From a bacterium (GTDB lineage Bacteria > UBP7 > UBA6624), in NCBI GenBank assembly GCA_002716355.1, contig PBAU01000010.1:91645-123644 (forward strand): a stretch of DNA of 32,000 bases, in the 5' to 3' direction. The stretch's first letter is position 1. The number at the start of each line of letters is the position of its first letter. Below are positions 18,388-26,600 of the stretch, piece by piece. Made by a program: the position numbers and the translations under genes. The notes under the pieces are model-generated. The model had not been told where the DNA came from. It made no database searches and saw only the letters and a program-made list of their open reading frames with translations.

Positions 18388-19689
18388 TCACCTTGTCCAT
18401 TTTGAAAAATTATTTATCCAAAGAGCCTCATTTATTAGATTCTCATCCATATCAACCCCTGAAGATACCTGAAAACCATAAGGAAGTCCTTTATATTTAT
18501 TCCAAGGAATATTAATAGCTGGAACCCCAGCAAGAGATGGAGCTGTTGTAAAAAAATCTTGCCTATACATTGATATTGGATCTTTTTTAGAGTTGATTCC
18601 AAATGCAACAGATGGAGTAGTTGGCGTTAAAAGCAGTCCATCTTTTGACCAGTCATTTAAAGTTGAAGAAAGATGCTTTCTTAAGTGGACGGCTTTTTCA
18701 TACAATCCTTCCTTGTGGCCTTCAGAAAGAACATGACAACCCATTAATATCCTTCTTCTAACCTCCTCGCCGAGAGAATCTTTTCTCCAAACATCTGCAT
18801 GATGGTTGTTTTTTGGTCCAAATCTTATTCCGTCAAATCTAGAAAGATTGGAGCTTACTTCAGCATAACAGATCAAATAATATACAGGGAGAGAGTTTTC
18901 AAAAATATCACATTCAATTTCCTGTATGTCAATATTTTCTTTTGCTAAATCTTTAATTAAGATTTCAAAATCTTCGAAAATGTAAAGTTCAACGATTTTT
19001 GCTAAATCTTTTAATTTTGGAACAAAAACTTTTTTTGGCTTTTTTGATCCAAAAGTAATATTTTCCTTAACATCATAAGAGGTAGAATCATTTCTATCAA
19101 AACCTTTAATCACGTCAAAAACCCAACGAACCTCATTTAAAGTTTTTGAAAAAATTCCTATCACATCCATTGATGACGCCATTGAAATCAAGCCGTACCT
19201 AGAAACACGACCCCATGTTGGCCGAAAGCCAAAAACGCCACAAAAAGATGCGGGATGCCTGACGGAGCCACCTGTATCTGAACCAAGAGCAAAAGGAACA
19301 ATGCCAGCAGCAACAGATGCTGCACTGCCACCCGAACTACCACCACAAACTTTTGTTGGATCCCATGGGTTCAAGGAAGGCCCATAAAAGCTAGTTTCTG
19401 AGCTTGTTCCCATTGCAAACTCATCTAAATTTGTTTTTCCCACCTCGAAACAATCATGTTTTTTGAGCTTGGTTAAAACAGTTGCCTCATAAGGACTAAT
19501 GTAGCCGTCTAAAATCCTAGACGCACAAGTGGTTGGTGTTGTCAAAGTGCAAATATTATCTTTAACAGCAAAGGGGACCGAACTATCTTTTGCCTCGCAA
19601 ACTAAAGATATAAATATATTATTTTTATCCTGTCGCGCAAGGCTTAAAGATTTAGAGAAACTAATAAAATCATTTGGATAGCCCAACAT
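18388..19689 (-). CDS. gatA: Glutamyl-tRNA(Gln) amidotransferase subunit A (amidase signature family)
   Basis: 433 aa. Motifs seen: PFAVKDNI, GKTNLDEFAMGTSSE, GGSSGGSAASVAAG, GSDTGGSVRHPASFCG. It lies directly upstream of gatB with a 9-nt gap. Confidence 0.88.
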   Translation of the reverse strand: MLGYPNDFISFSKSLSLARQDKNNIFISLVCEAKDSSVPFAVKDNICTLTTPTTCASRILDGYISPYEATVLTKLKKHDCFEVGKTNLDEFAMGTSSETSFYGPSLNPWDPTKVCGGSSGGSAASVAAGIVPFALGSDTGGSVRHPASFCGVFGFRPTWGRVSRYGLISMASSMDVIGIFSKTLNEVRWVFDVIKGFDRNDSTSYDVKENITFGSKKPKKVFVPKLKDLAKIVELYIFEDFEILIKDLAKENIDIQEIECDIFENSLPVYYLICYAEVSSNLSRFDGIRFGPKNNHHADVWRKDSLGEEVRRRILMGCHVLSEGHKEGLYEKAVHLRKHLSSTLNDWSKDGLLLTPTTPSVAFGINSKKDPISMYRQDFFTTAPSLAGVPAINIPWNKYKGLPYGFQVSSGVDMDENLINEALWINNFSKWTR

Positions 19690-19704
19690 ATATGTCAGGG
19701 CTAG

Positions 19705-20055
19705 CTATTTTTTAGAAAGCTCTGAAACTAAAGACTTAAAAGCTTCAGGTTCAATTATTGCAATTTCCGAAAGCATTTTTCTATTAAGCTCTACTTGAGA
19801 TTTTTTCAACATGTTTTGAAATCTTGAATAAGAAACACCGTGTTCCTGTAAGGCTGAAGTTAATCTTGATATCCACAGCCTTCTAAAATTTCTTTTATTG
19901 TTTTTTCTATCCCTGTAAGCGCTTGTGCCAGCATTCAAAAGAACCTCTTTTGCCTTTCTAAACCTTCTAGAGCCTGATGCTCTAAAACCTTTTGCAAGCT
20001 TAAGAACTTTCTTATGTCTTGCTCTTCTTGTCGATCCAGTTTTAACTCTTACCAT
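19705..20055 (-). CDS. rplT: 50S ribosomal protein L20
   Basis: 116 aa, MVRVKTGSTRRARHKKVLKLAKGFRA... Position after rpmI matches the conserved infC-rpmI-rplT order. Confidence 0.97.
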   Translation of the reverse strand: MVRVKTGSTRRARHKKVLKLAKGFRASGSRRFRKAKEVLLNAGTSAYRDRKNNKRNFRRLWISRLTSALQEHGVSYSRFQNMLKKSQVELNRKMLSEIAIIEPEAFKSLVSELSKK

Positions 20056-20056
20056 T

Positions 20057-20287
20057 TTACTTACCTAAATTCCTTAAAATTTTCTTCTTTAACGCACCCT
20101 CTACCCTAGTACCTTGAGAAAGAGATCTCTTTCTTTTGGAGGATTTTTTTCCAGTCTTATGATTCAAGCCGGGAGATTTAGAAATCACTTTGCCAGTTTT
20201 TGTAACTCTAAACCTTTTAGCAATTGCTTTATTTGTTTTTACTTTATTGCTTTTAGTATTTGTTTTTATTTTATTGCTTTTGACCAT
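20057..20287 (-). CDS. rpmI: 50S ribosomal protein L35 with a duplicated Lys/Asn/Thr-rich N-terminal extension
   Basis: 76 aa. Core AIAKRFRVTKTGKV...HKTGKKSSKRKR. It sits between infC and rplT with 1-nt gaps on both sides. Confidence 0.9.
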   Translation of the reverse strand: MVKSNKIKTNTKSNKVKTNKAIAKRFRVTKTGKVISKSPGLNHKTGKKSSKRKRSLSQGTRVEGALKKKILRNLGK

Positions 20288-20288
20288 T

Positions 20289-20846
20289 TTAAGATTTTCC
20301 AGGATTAAACATTAATGTTGCTTGTGTGTTTTCAACTTTTATGTCGGACAAAACAACTCCGAAATCCTTTACTTCCTCCTTAATATATTCAAGTAATTCT
20401 AACCCTCTTGACTTGTGAATCCTCTCTCTCCACTTGCGAAAATGAACTGTAACCTTAACTCTATGACCTTGAGAAAGGAATTTTTTAACTCTTTTTGTCC
20501 TTACTTCCAGGTCTCCCTTGTCTATATTTAGCTTTAAACGAATTTCCTTCAATTGAGACTTAGCAGTAGCATTTTTAGACTTAATAACCTTTTCTTTCCT
20601 TCGCTTTTCATATAAAAACTTACCATAATCTAAAATTTTTGCCACTGGAGGATCGCTGTTTTCAACAGTTAGAACCAAATCAAGCCCACTATTCTTAGAC
20701 TTTTCTAAAGCTGATCGGACGTCCATAACTCCCAAATTCTCACCATTTTCATCTATCACCCTAATGCGTCTAGCTCTTATATCTTCATTTATAAAATGTA
20801 ACCTTTTTGGTTTTTTCTGTGAAGATCCTCTTCTAAAGCGACTCAA
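20289..20846 (-). CDS. infC: Translation initiation factor IF-3
   Basis: 185 aa. Motifs seen: INEDIRARRIRVIDENGENLGVM and the C-terminal domain KEIRLKLNIDKGDLEVRTKRVKKFL. TTG start overlapping the thrS TGA stop (TTGA). Confidence 0.93.
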   Translation of the reverse strand: MSRFRRGSSQKKPKRLHFINEDIRARRIRVIDENGENLGVMDVRSALEKSKNSGLDLVLTVENSDPPVAKILDYGKFLYEKRRKEKVIKSKNATAKSQLKEIRLKLNIDKGDLEVRTKRVKKFLSQGHRVKVTVHFRKWRERIHKSRGLELLEYIKEEVKDFGVVLSDIKVENTQATLMFNPGKS

Positions 20847-22567
20847 TTAACATTACCTTCTTTTTTTAATTCTTCTATTAGTTCATTTTTGGATACAGAA
20901 CCTCTGTCTCCATCGTCTCTATGCCTTACAGAAACAGACGAAGAATTCATCTCTCTATCCCCAACAACAAACATATAAGGAACTTTATTCAACTCAGCAT
21001 CTCTAATTTTTTTACCTACTTTTTCATTTCTGTCGTCAAGCTTAGCTCTTATCCCTGCTGATTTTAAATCATTCAAAAACTCTCTCCCATAATCAAAATG
21101 CTTTTCTGAAATGGGCACTATTATAGCCTGAGTGGGAGAAAGCCAGAAAGGAAAGTTGCCCGCATAATGCTCAATCAATATGCCAATAAACCTCTCCATT
21201 GAACCGAAAATTGCTCTATGTATAAGAACTGGAACCTCTTCCTCATCATTCGAATTAACATAGCTTAGATTAAATCTATCTGGAAGATTAAAATCGATTT
21301 GCACAGTTGTGCACTGCCAATGCCTACCTAAAGCATCTTCTATTTCAAAATCAAGTTTAGGACCATAAAAAGCACCATCACCTGGAATGTATTCAGCATC
21401 AATTCCTGCTTTTGAAATTGCAGCCTTTAGTGAAGATTCGGCTTTCTCCCATGCTGCATCAGAGCCTATTGATTTGTCAGGACGTCCCTTGAAAAACAAC
21501 TTCCACTTAAAGCCAAATTTAGAGAAAATACTTTCAGCAAAATTCAAAACTTCAATTATTTGATTTTCAAGCTGGTCAAAAGTACAAAATATATGCGCAT
21601 CATCTTGAGTGAAGCCTCTAACTCTAAAAAGACCGTGCATTGTTCCCGCTTTTTCATTTCTGTAAACAGTACCAAATTCCATTAATTTCACCGGTAACTC
21701 TTTATAGCTTCTTCTTTTTCTTGAATAAACCAACATATGACCTGGACAATTCATCGGCTTTATCCCAACACCTGAATCACCTTCATCATCTGGACAGATA
21801 AACATAAAATCTTTAAAATTTGCCAAATGTCCGCTTTTTTCCCAGAGGTTAGTATGTACAATATGAGGTGTTTCAATCTCCCTGTAGCCATCTTTAACAT
21901 GCATTGATCTGGACCATTCCATTAATGAATTTAAAAGTTTTTTACCTTGGGGTAGCCAAAAAACTAAACCGCTACCAGCATCTTGAGAAAATATTTCAAA
22001 AAGATTCAATTTCTGACCAATTCTCCTATGATCTCTTTTTTCAGCCTCTTTCAACTTATCCAAATAAGCTTTTAATTCAGACTTTTTCTCAAAAGATGTT
22101 GCATAAATCCTTTGCAACATAACATTATTTTCATTACCTTTCCAGTATGCTCCTGATGTTGATAGTATTTTGAATTTTCCAATTTGTGATGTTGACGCTA
22201 CATGAGAAGGCTTGCCTTCACAAAGGTCAGTAAACTCACCCTGCTTGTAGAAAGATATTTCTTCTGATTCAGGTATATCCATTACTAATTCTTGCTTAAA
22301 GGGTTGACCTTCCAGCTCTTCTAAAGCTTTCTCTCTGCTTAAAGTAAATTTTTCAAGCTTGTAATCATCTTTAACAATACGATGCATCTCTTCTTCAATC
22401 TTTAAAAAATCATCTTCAGAAAACTCTCTACCAAATAAAAAATCATAGTAAAAGCCATCTTGTATTACAGGTCCTATTCCCAACTTTACATCAGGGAACA
22501 ACCTTAAAACAGCTTGAGCCAAAACATGACTTGCTGTATGTCTCATATTTTCAATTTTATTAATCAT
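20843..22567 (-). CDS. thrS: Threonyl-tRNA synthetase lacking the N-terminal TGS domain
   Basis: 574 aa. It starts about 8 aa before the editing-domain motif HTASHVLAQA. Class II motifs FRVRGFTQDDAHIF and GSMERFIGILIEH are present, followed by an anticodon-binding tail. Confidence 0.95.
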   Translation of the reverse strand: MINKIENMRHTASHVLAQAVLRLFPDVKLGIGPVIQDGFYYDFLFGREFSEDDFLKIEEEMHRIVKDDYKLEKFTLSREKALEELEGQPFKQELVMDIPESEEISFYKQGEFTDLCEGKPSHVASTSQIGKFKILSTSGAYWKGNENNVMLQRIYATSFEKKSELKAYLDKLKEAEKRDHRRIGQKLNLFEIFSQDAGSGLVFWLPQGKKLLNSLMEWSRSMHVKDGYREIETPHIVHTNLWEKSGHLANFKDFMFICPDDEGDSGVGIKPMNCPGHMLVYSRKRRSYKELPVKLMEFGTVYRNEKAGTMHGLFRVRGFTQDDAHIFCTFDQLENQIIEVLNFAESIFSKFGFKWKLFFKGRPDKSIGSDAAWEKAESSLKAAISKAGIDAEYIPGDGAFYGPKLDFEIEDALGRHWQCTTVQIDFNLPDRFNLSYVNSNDEEEVPVLIHRAIFGSMERFIGILIEHYAGNFPFWLSPTQAIIVPISEKHFDYGREFLNDLKSAGIRAKLDDRNEKVGKKIRDAELNKVPYMFVVGDREMNSSSVSVRHRDDGDRGSVSKNELIEELKKEGNVN

Positions 22568-22588
22568 TAAACAATTAGATTTCCATCA

Positions 22589-22662
22589 TGGGAGATGGTG
22601 GACTTGAACCACCGACCTCTTGAATGTCAATCAAGCGCTCTATCCAGCTGAGCTAATCCCCC
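22589..22662 (-). tRNA. tRNA-Val (anticodon GAC), CCA not encoded
   Basis: I folded a cloverleaf by hand: acceptor GGGGGAT/ATCTCCC, anticodon arm CTTGA-TTGACAT-TCAAG, T-arm GGTGG-TTCAAGT-CCACC, A73. Confidence 0.9.
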
Positions 22663-22684
22663 TTTTTTTATTATTCTCAAAATA

Positions 22685-22758
22685 AGGGCGCGGTCGGATT
22701 CGAACCGACGAATATAGGCTTTGCAGGCCCACGCCTTAAACCACTTGGCCACGCGCCC
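22685..22758 (-). tRNA. tRNA-Cys (anticodon GCA), CCA not encoded
   Basis: Acceptor GGGCGCG/CGCGCCC with U73, the Cys identity discriminator. Anticodon arm TGGGC-CTGCAAA-GCCTA and T-arm GTCGG-TTCGAAT-CCGAC. Confidence 0.9.
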
Positions 22759-22765
22759 AAGAAAA

Positions 22766-22838
22766 AGCGGAAGACGGGACTTGAACCCGCGACCTCCAGC
22801 TTGGGAAGCTGATGCTCTACCAACTGAGCTACTTCCGC
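22766..22838 (-). tRNA. tRNA-Gly (anticodon CCC), CCA not encoded
   Basis: Acceptor GCGGAAG/CTTCCGC, U73, anticodon arm TCAGC-TTCCCAA-GCTGG, T-arm GCGGG-TTCAAGT-CCCGT. Confidence 0.9.
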
Positions 22839-22871
22839 AATAAAAATCAAACATAAAAGCGATCCTATTCA

Positions 22872-24293
22872 TTATTTGATTTTATTCCAAGTTGTACCTG
22901 ATGAAGAATCTTTGATTTGAATACCTAAACCTAACAATTCGTCTCTTATGCAGTCAGCTTTTTTCCAATCCTTATCATCTCTCGCTTTGTTTCTTTCTTC
23001 TATCATTTCTTTAATCTTTTGATTATCTGAGCTATCCTGTTTGACAAAAATCCCCAAAACTTCATTAACTTCAGAAAGAAAAGACTTTGCACTCACTGCA
23101 ATATCATCAAGTCCTTTTTTTCTTGAGTCTTTTACAAGATCCATAACAACAGCAATAGCCTGAGGAACATCTAGATCTTTTTGCATAAAATCTACAAAAG
23201 AATCTTTATACTTTTGCACAAAATCATGATTATGAGAATTTGCTTCTTTGACATCATCTAAATCTTGAACGAAATTATGAAGCCTTTTTAAAGCTGATCG
23301 AGAATCCTTCAAGAGTTCAAAGCTAAAATTTAATGGTTGCCTGTAATGACCTCTTATAAGTGAATATCTTAACTCGGAGCCGTTAAAACCCCTGTTGTAA
23401 ATATCACTTGGAGTATAAGCATTGCCCAAACTTTTTCCCATCTTGCCACCATCTACCAATAAAAACCTACAATGCATCCAATGCCCTGCAAGCTTTTTAC
23501 CAGAAAACGCTTCACTTTGAGCTATTTCGCATTCGTGATGAGGAAAAACTAAATCCTCTCCTCCAGAGTGAATGTCTAACTTATCACCAAAAAGCGAATT
23601 CACCATTGCAGAACATTCAATGTGCCACCCTGGAAATCCATCACATCCTAATTCTGTATCCCATTTCATAAGATGTTTTGGATCAGTTTTCCAAAGAGCA
23701 AAATCTCTAGCATCTCTTTTCTCAGAATTGATATCAATCCTGTGGCCTAAGTCAAGCTTTTCGATTAAGTTCTTTGATAAATTTCCATATTTTTTAAATG
23801 ATTTAACTGAAAAATAGATATTGCCATTAGATTCATATGCATAACCTTTGTCAACAAGTTCACGAATCATCGAAACCATATCGTCAATATGCTTTGTTGC
23901 TTTAGACATATGTGTAGGCTTTTTCATATTCAAAGAATCCATATCACTAAAAAACTGTTTTTCATATCGTGCAACGATATCCCATGGAGAAAGGCCTTTT
24001 TCTTTTGCTTTTTCTTGTATCGGATCAATCTTAAGTGATGAATCATCACTTTCTCTCATGTGTCCAACATCAGTAATATTCATAGCTTGAAAAACTTTCC
24101 AGCCACCCCACTCCAAAGTCCTCCTTAAAACATCCGAAAAAAGAAAAGATCTCCAATTCCCAATGGTAGGACAACTATACAAAGTTGGCCCACAATGATA
24201 CATTCTCACAACACCTTCTTCATGAGTTTTCAAGGGAAAGAGATCAGCTCTTAAGGTATCAAAAAAAATTGGCTTTAGCCAGGGTTTATTCAA
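22872..24293 (-). CDS. cysS: Cysteinyl-tRNA synthetase
   Basis: 473 aa. Motifs seen: MYHCGPTLY, NITDVGH, GWHIECSAM, HSGGEDLVFPHHECEIAQSEA (zinc and cysteine site) and KMGKS (KMSKS motif). The TTG start overlaps the upstream TGA, and no in-frame ATG precedes the conserved N-terminus. Confidence 0.93.
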   Translation of the reverse strand: MNKPWLKPIFFDTLRADLFPLKTHEEGVVRMYHCGPTLYSCPTIGNWRSFLFSDVLRRTLEWGGWKVFQAMNITDVGHMRESDDSSLKIDPIQEKAKEKGLSPWDIVARYEKQFFSDMDSLNMKKPTHMSKATKHIDDMVSMIRELVDKGYAYESNGNIYFSVKSFKKYGNLSKNLIEKLDLGHRIDINSEKRDARDFALWKTDPKHLMKWDTELGCDGFPGWHIECSAMVNSLFGDKLDIHSGGEDLVFPHHECEIAQSEAFSGKKLAGHWMHCRFLLVDGGKMGKSLGNAYTPSDIYNRGFNGSELRYSLIRGHYRQPLNFSFELLKDSRSALKRLHNFVQDLDDVKEANSHNHDFVQKYKDSFVDFMQKDLDVPQAIAVVMDLVKDSRKKGLDDIAVSAKSFLSEVNEVLGIFVKQDSSDNQKIKEMIEERNKARDDKDWKKADCIRDELLGLGIQIKDSSSGTTWNKIK

Positions 24294-25045
24294 TTAGTTA
24301 TCCATCTCCCACAATTTGAACAAACACAAATACAACCTTTTTCTTCAAGCTCCTCTAAACATAACGAAGGTAGTGCAGAGTTACACGCAACACATATAAA
24401 AACAATATTGTCTTCAAAATCTTTATCTTTTCTTGCCTCGGTTAAAACTAAGCCTTTTGATCTTTTTGCCAAATCTATAAATCTAGCAACAACTTTTTCA
24501 TCTAAATCTGAACAAGAGTCTTCAATCTCTTTGCTGATGCTTTTGATATTTTCATCCTTTTGATTAACTATGTCATTAAACTCTTTTTCTCTATTTGCTA
24601 CAGCTTCCTCGATATTTGCTAACCTTTCCCTGTTGTCTCTAATGGATTTTTCAAGATTTTCGATCTGTATGGACCTTCCAGCAAAATCTTTTTCCTTGTC
24701 GTCTTTCTCTTCTCGCTTTTGAATTAAGGACTCAGCAAGTTCCTGAGCGACCCTATGCGAGATATCTTCAGAGCTCATACTTTCAAGCCTTTCAATATCC
24801 TGAACTATCATTTGCAATTCAGATTCAGCTTCAATTAATTCTTTTTTAACCCTGTTGTAAACTTCCTCTCTTCTTTTCAATCTTTGCTCTTCATCCCTTG
24901 CAGATCTTCTCCTCTGGGCTAATCTAAACTCAACAGCTTTATGCTGTTTCTCTTCCTCTAATGATTGAATTTCTAAAGTTTTCTCTTGGATGCTTTTCAA
25001 AGCCTCCAGCTCTTTTTCCTTTAAAACAAAATCTAAACTAAACAT
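24290..25045 (-). CDS. Coiled-coil protein with C-terminal C4 zinc ribbon (COG1579-like)
   Basis: About 251 aa, mostly heptad-like E/K/R-rich helix, ending in CVACNSALP...CSNCGRWI. I moved the start from the track's TTG (25051) to ATG 25045, because the TAAGGAG RBS sits 8 nt upstream of that ATG. Confidence 0.75.
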   Translation of the reverse strand: MFSLDFVLKEKELEALKSIQEKTLEIQSLEEEKQHKAVEFRLAQRRRSARDEEQRLKRREEVYNRVKKELIEAESELQMIVQDIERLESMSSEDISHRVAQELAESLIQKREEKDDKEKDFAGRSIQIENLEKSIRDNRERLANIEEAVANREKEFNDIVNQKDENIKSISKEIEDSCSDLDEKVVARFIDLAKRSKGLVLTEARKDKDFEDNIVFICVACNSALPSLCLEELEEKGCICVCSNCGRWITN

Positions 25046-25063
25046 AAACAATACTCCTTATTA

Positions 25064-25140
25064 TGGTGGGGAGAGAGGGACTTGAACCCCCGACCTCCTG
25101 TTTGTAAGACAGGCGCTCTATCCAGCTGAGCTATCCCCCC
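25064..25140 (-). tRNA. tRNA-Val (anticodon TAC), 3' CCA encoded
   Basis: Acceptor GGGGGGA/TCTCCCC, A73 followed by CCA, anticodon arm CCTGT-CTTACAA-ACAGG, T-arm GGGGG-TTCAAGT-CCCTC. Confidence 0.9.
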
Positions 25141-25153
25141 CCACTTCTCAGCA

Positions 25154-25226
<73 letters not shown>

Positions 25227-25295
25227 ACGATTTGAGTATCCTATCATAATCGAGATTTAATGTGATACACTAAACTTATTGGGTGGTTTTAACCC

Positions 25296-25442
25296 ATTGG
25301 GTTATACCTTAAAAAGGGAAAATTGTGAGAATCAATTACGGCCCCCGCCACCGTAACTGGCACAAAAAAATATTGCCACTGTTTTGAAGAATGGGAAGGC
25401 AAGATTGTTTCAAACGCCAGTAGTCGGGAGACCTGCCTAAGC
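25296..25442 (+). ncRNA. Cobalamin (B12) riboswitch; boundaries approximate
   Basis: Conserved blocks appear in the correct order: AAAAAGGGAAaattGTGAGAATCaattACGGCCCCCGCCACCGTAA, then GCCACTG...GGGAAGGC, then the B12 box AGTAGTCGGGAGACCTGCC (25419-25437). The GGGAGG RBS of the next gene begins about 15 nt after the box. Confidence 0.85.
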
Positions 25443-25463
25443 TTAAAAATTACGGGAGGTAAT

Positions 25464-26600
25464 ATGATGAAAAAATTTATCAAAGCAAAAATATTATTAA
25501 TTATTCTTATTTTCTGCTCATGTTCGGGACAAACACCTGAAAATTCCAATAGAGCAAACCTTGTTCTTTTAACAAACGACTGGAGTCTAAATGAAACTAA
25601 CTTTTCTATAAACACAGAAAAAGGAGACTGGCTTGAAAGTTCTGAATATCTTGATATAAATGATACCTTTAGCGCTGATACCGTAGCTAGATCCTTCAAG
25701 GAGAATGAAGCTTGGTTTCTGGACAGGCATAATCATTCAGTTTCAAAAATCAGATTTTCAAAAAATGGCTCCCCCCAGATGGTTTCAAAATGGACATTAG
25801 AAGATAGTCCAAATCCACATGATGTATGGCTTCATAATCAAATTCTTTACATAACACAATATGAAAATGAATCTCTAATTATGCTTGACGAAGAAAACGG
25901 TCAAAAAATAACTGAAATCAACCTCTCAAATGGAGAATTGAGCAGTTGTGCTCAAAATGATGGAAAATCAGAAATGGATCAGATATTCATGAAAAATAAT
26001 AAAATTTACATTTCTATGCAATGTCTTGACACAACAGGTTCCTGGAATCCAGTTACTGAAGGAAAGCTAGCAGTCTTAGACACAAATACAAATTCAATAT
26101 CAGAAATAATAACGTTAAATGACTGCTTCAATCCAGTTGATGCTTCAGAAGGACCTTCTGGTAATTATTTATATTTTTCTTGCGTCAACAATTATGAAGG
26201 TGGAAATGATGGCTCGATAATAAAAATGAATTACGCTAACCACTCCATTCAAAAAATTGCTGATGAATCGTTATTCGGAGGAGACATTGGAGGAATAACA
26301 ATAAAAAATGATGAAAATATATTTGTAACTGTTACCGCTCCGGATTGGAGTCACACATGGGTTTCGAAAGTAAATATAAATGAAAACCAAGCAGAAACAA
26401 TACATCAAAAAAATACACCTTGGCATAACAGGATAGCTTTCAAGAACGAGACCTTGTGGCTTATAGGCAATGAAGGGCTTTACTCTATTTCTGATTGTGG
26501 TTTGTTTTGCACAGATGAACAATTGATAAAATCTTCATCAAAATCAGCTCAACTACTATTTTGGCTTGGAGATCCGATGTTCGGTGGTGGTGGGCATTAA
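25464..26600 (+). CDS. Riboswitch-controlled hypothetical lipoprotein, probably a beta-rich/propeller-like fold
   Basis: 378 aa. GGGAGG RBS. Signal peptide MMKKFIKAKILLIILIFCSCSG ends in Cys. Recurrent strand-like segments such as ILYITQYENESLIMLDEENGQKITEINL, KIYISMQC, KLAVLDTNTNSISEIITL and LYFSCVNN. Gly-rich C-terminus GDPMFGGGGH. Confidence 0.7.
   Translation: MMKKFIKAKILLIILIFCSCSGQTPENSNRANLVLLTNDWSLNETNFSINTEKGDWLESSEYLDINDTFSADTVARSFKENEAWFLDRHNHSVSKIRFSKNGSPQMVSKWTLEDSPNPHDVWLHNQILYITQYENESLIMLDEENGQKITEINLSNGELSSCAQNDGKSEMDQIFMKNNKIYISMQCLDTTGSWNPVTEGKLAVLDTNTNSISEIITLNDCFNPVDASEGPSGNYLYFSCVNNYEGGNDGSIIKMNYANHSIQKIADESLFGGDIGGITIKNDENIFVTVTAPDWSHTWVSKVNINENQAETIHQKNTPWHNRIAFKNETLWLIGNEGLYSISDCGLFCTDEQLIKSSSKSAQLLFWLGDPMFGGGGH

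Noticed and set aside
22627-22872. 81-aa minus-strand ORF in the track
   Set aside because: It is read straight through three hand-folded tRNA genes (Val, Cys, Gly). The GC-rich tRNA sequence simply lacks stop codons.
25046-25051. TTG start at 25051 for the zinc-ribbon coiled-coil gene, as given in the ORF track
   Set aside because: The TAAGGAG RBS is only 2-3 nt from that TTG but 8 nt from the ATG at 25045, so the ATG is the better start.
25289-25699. 136-aa minus-strand ORF
   Set aside because: It is antisense to the cobalamin riboswitch and to the 5' end of the RBS-preceded lipoprotein gene. It has no RBS of its own.
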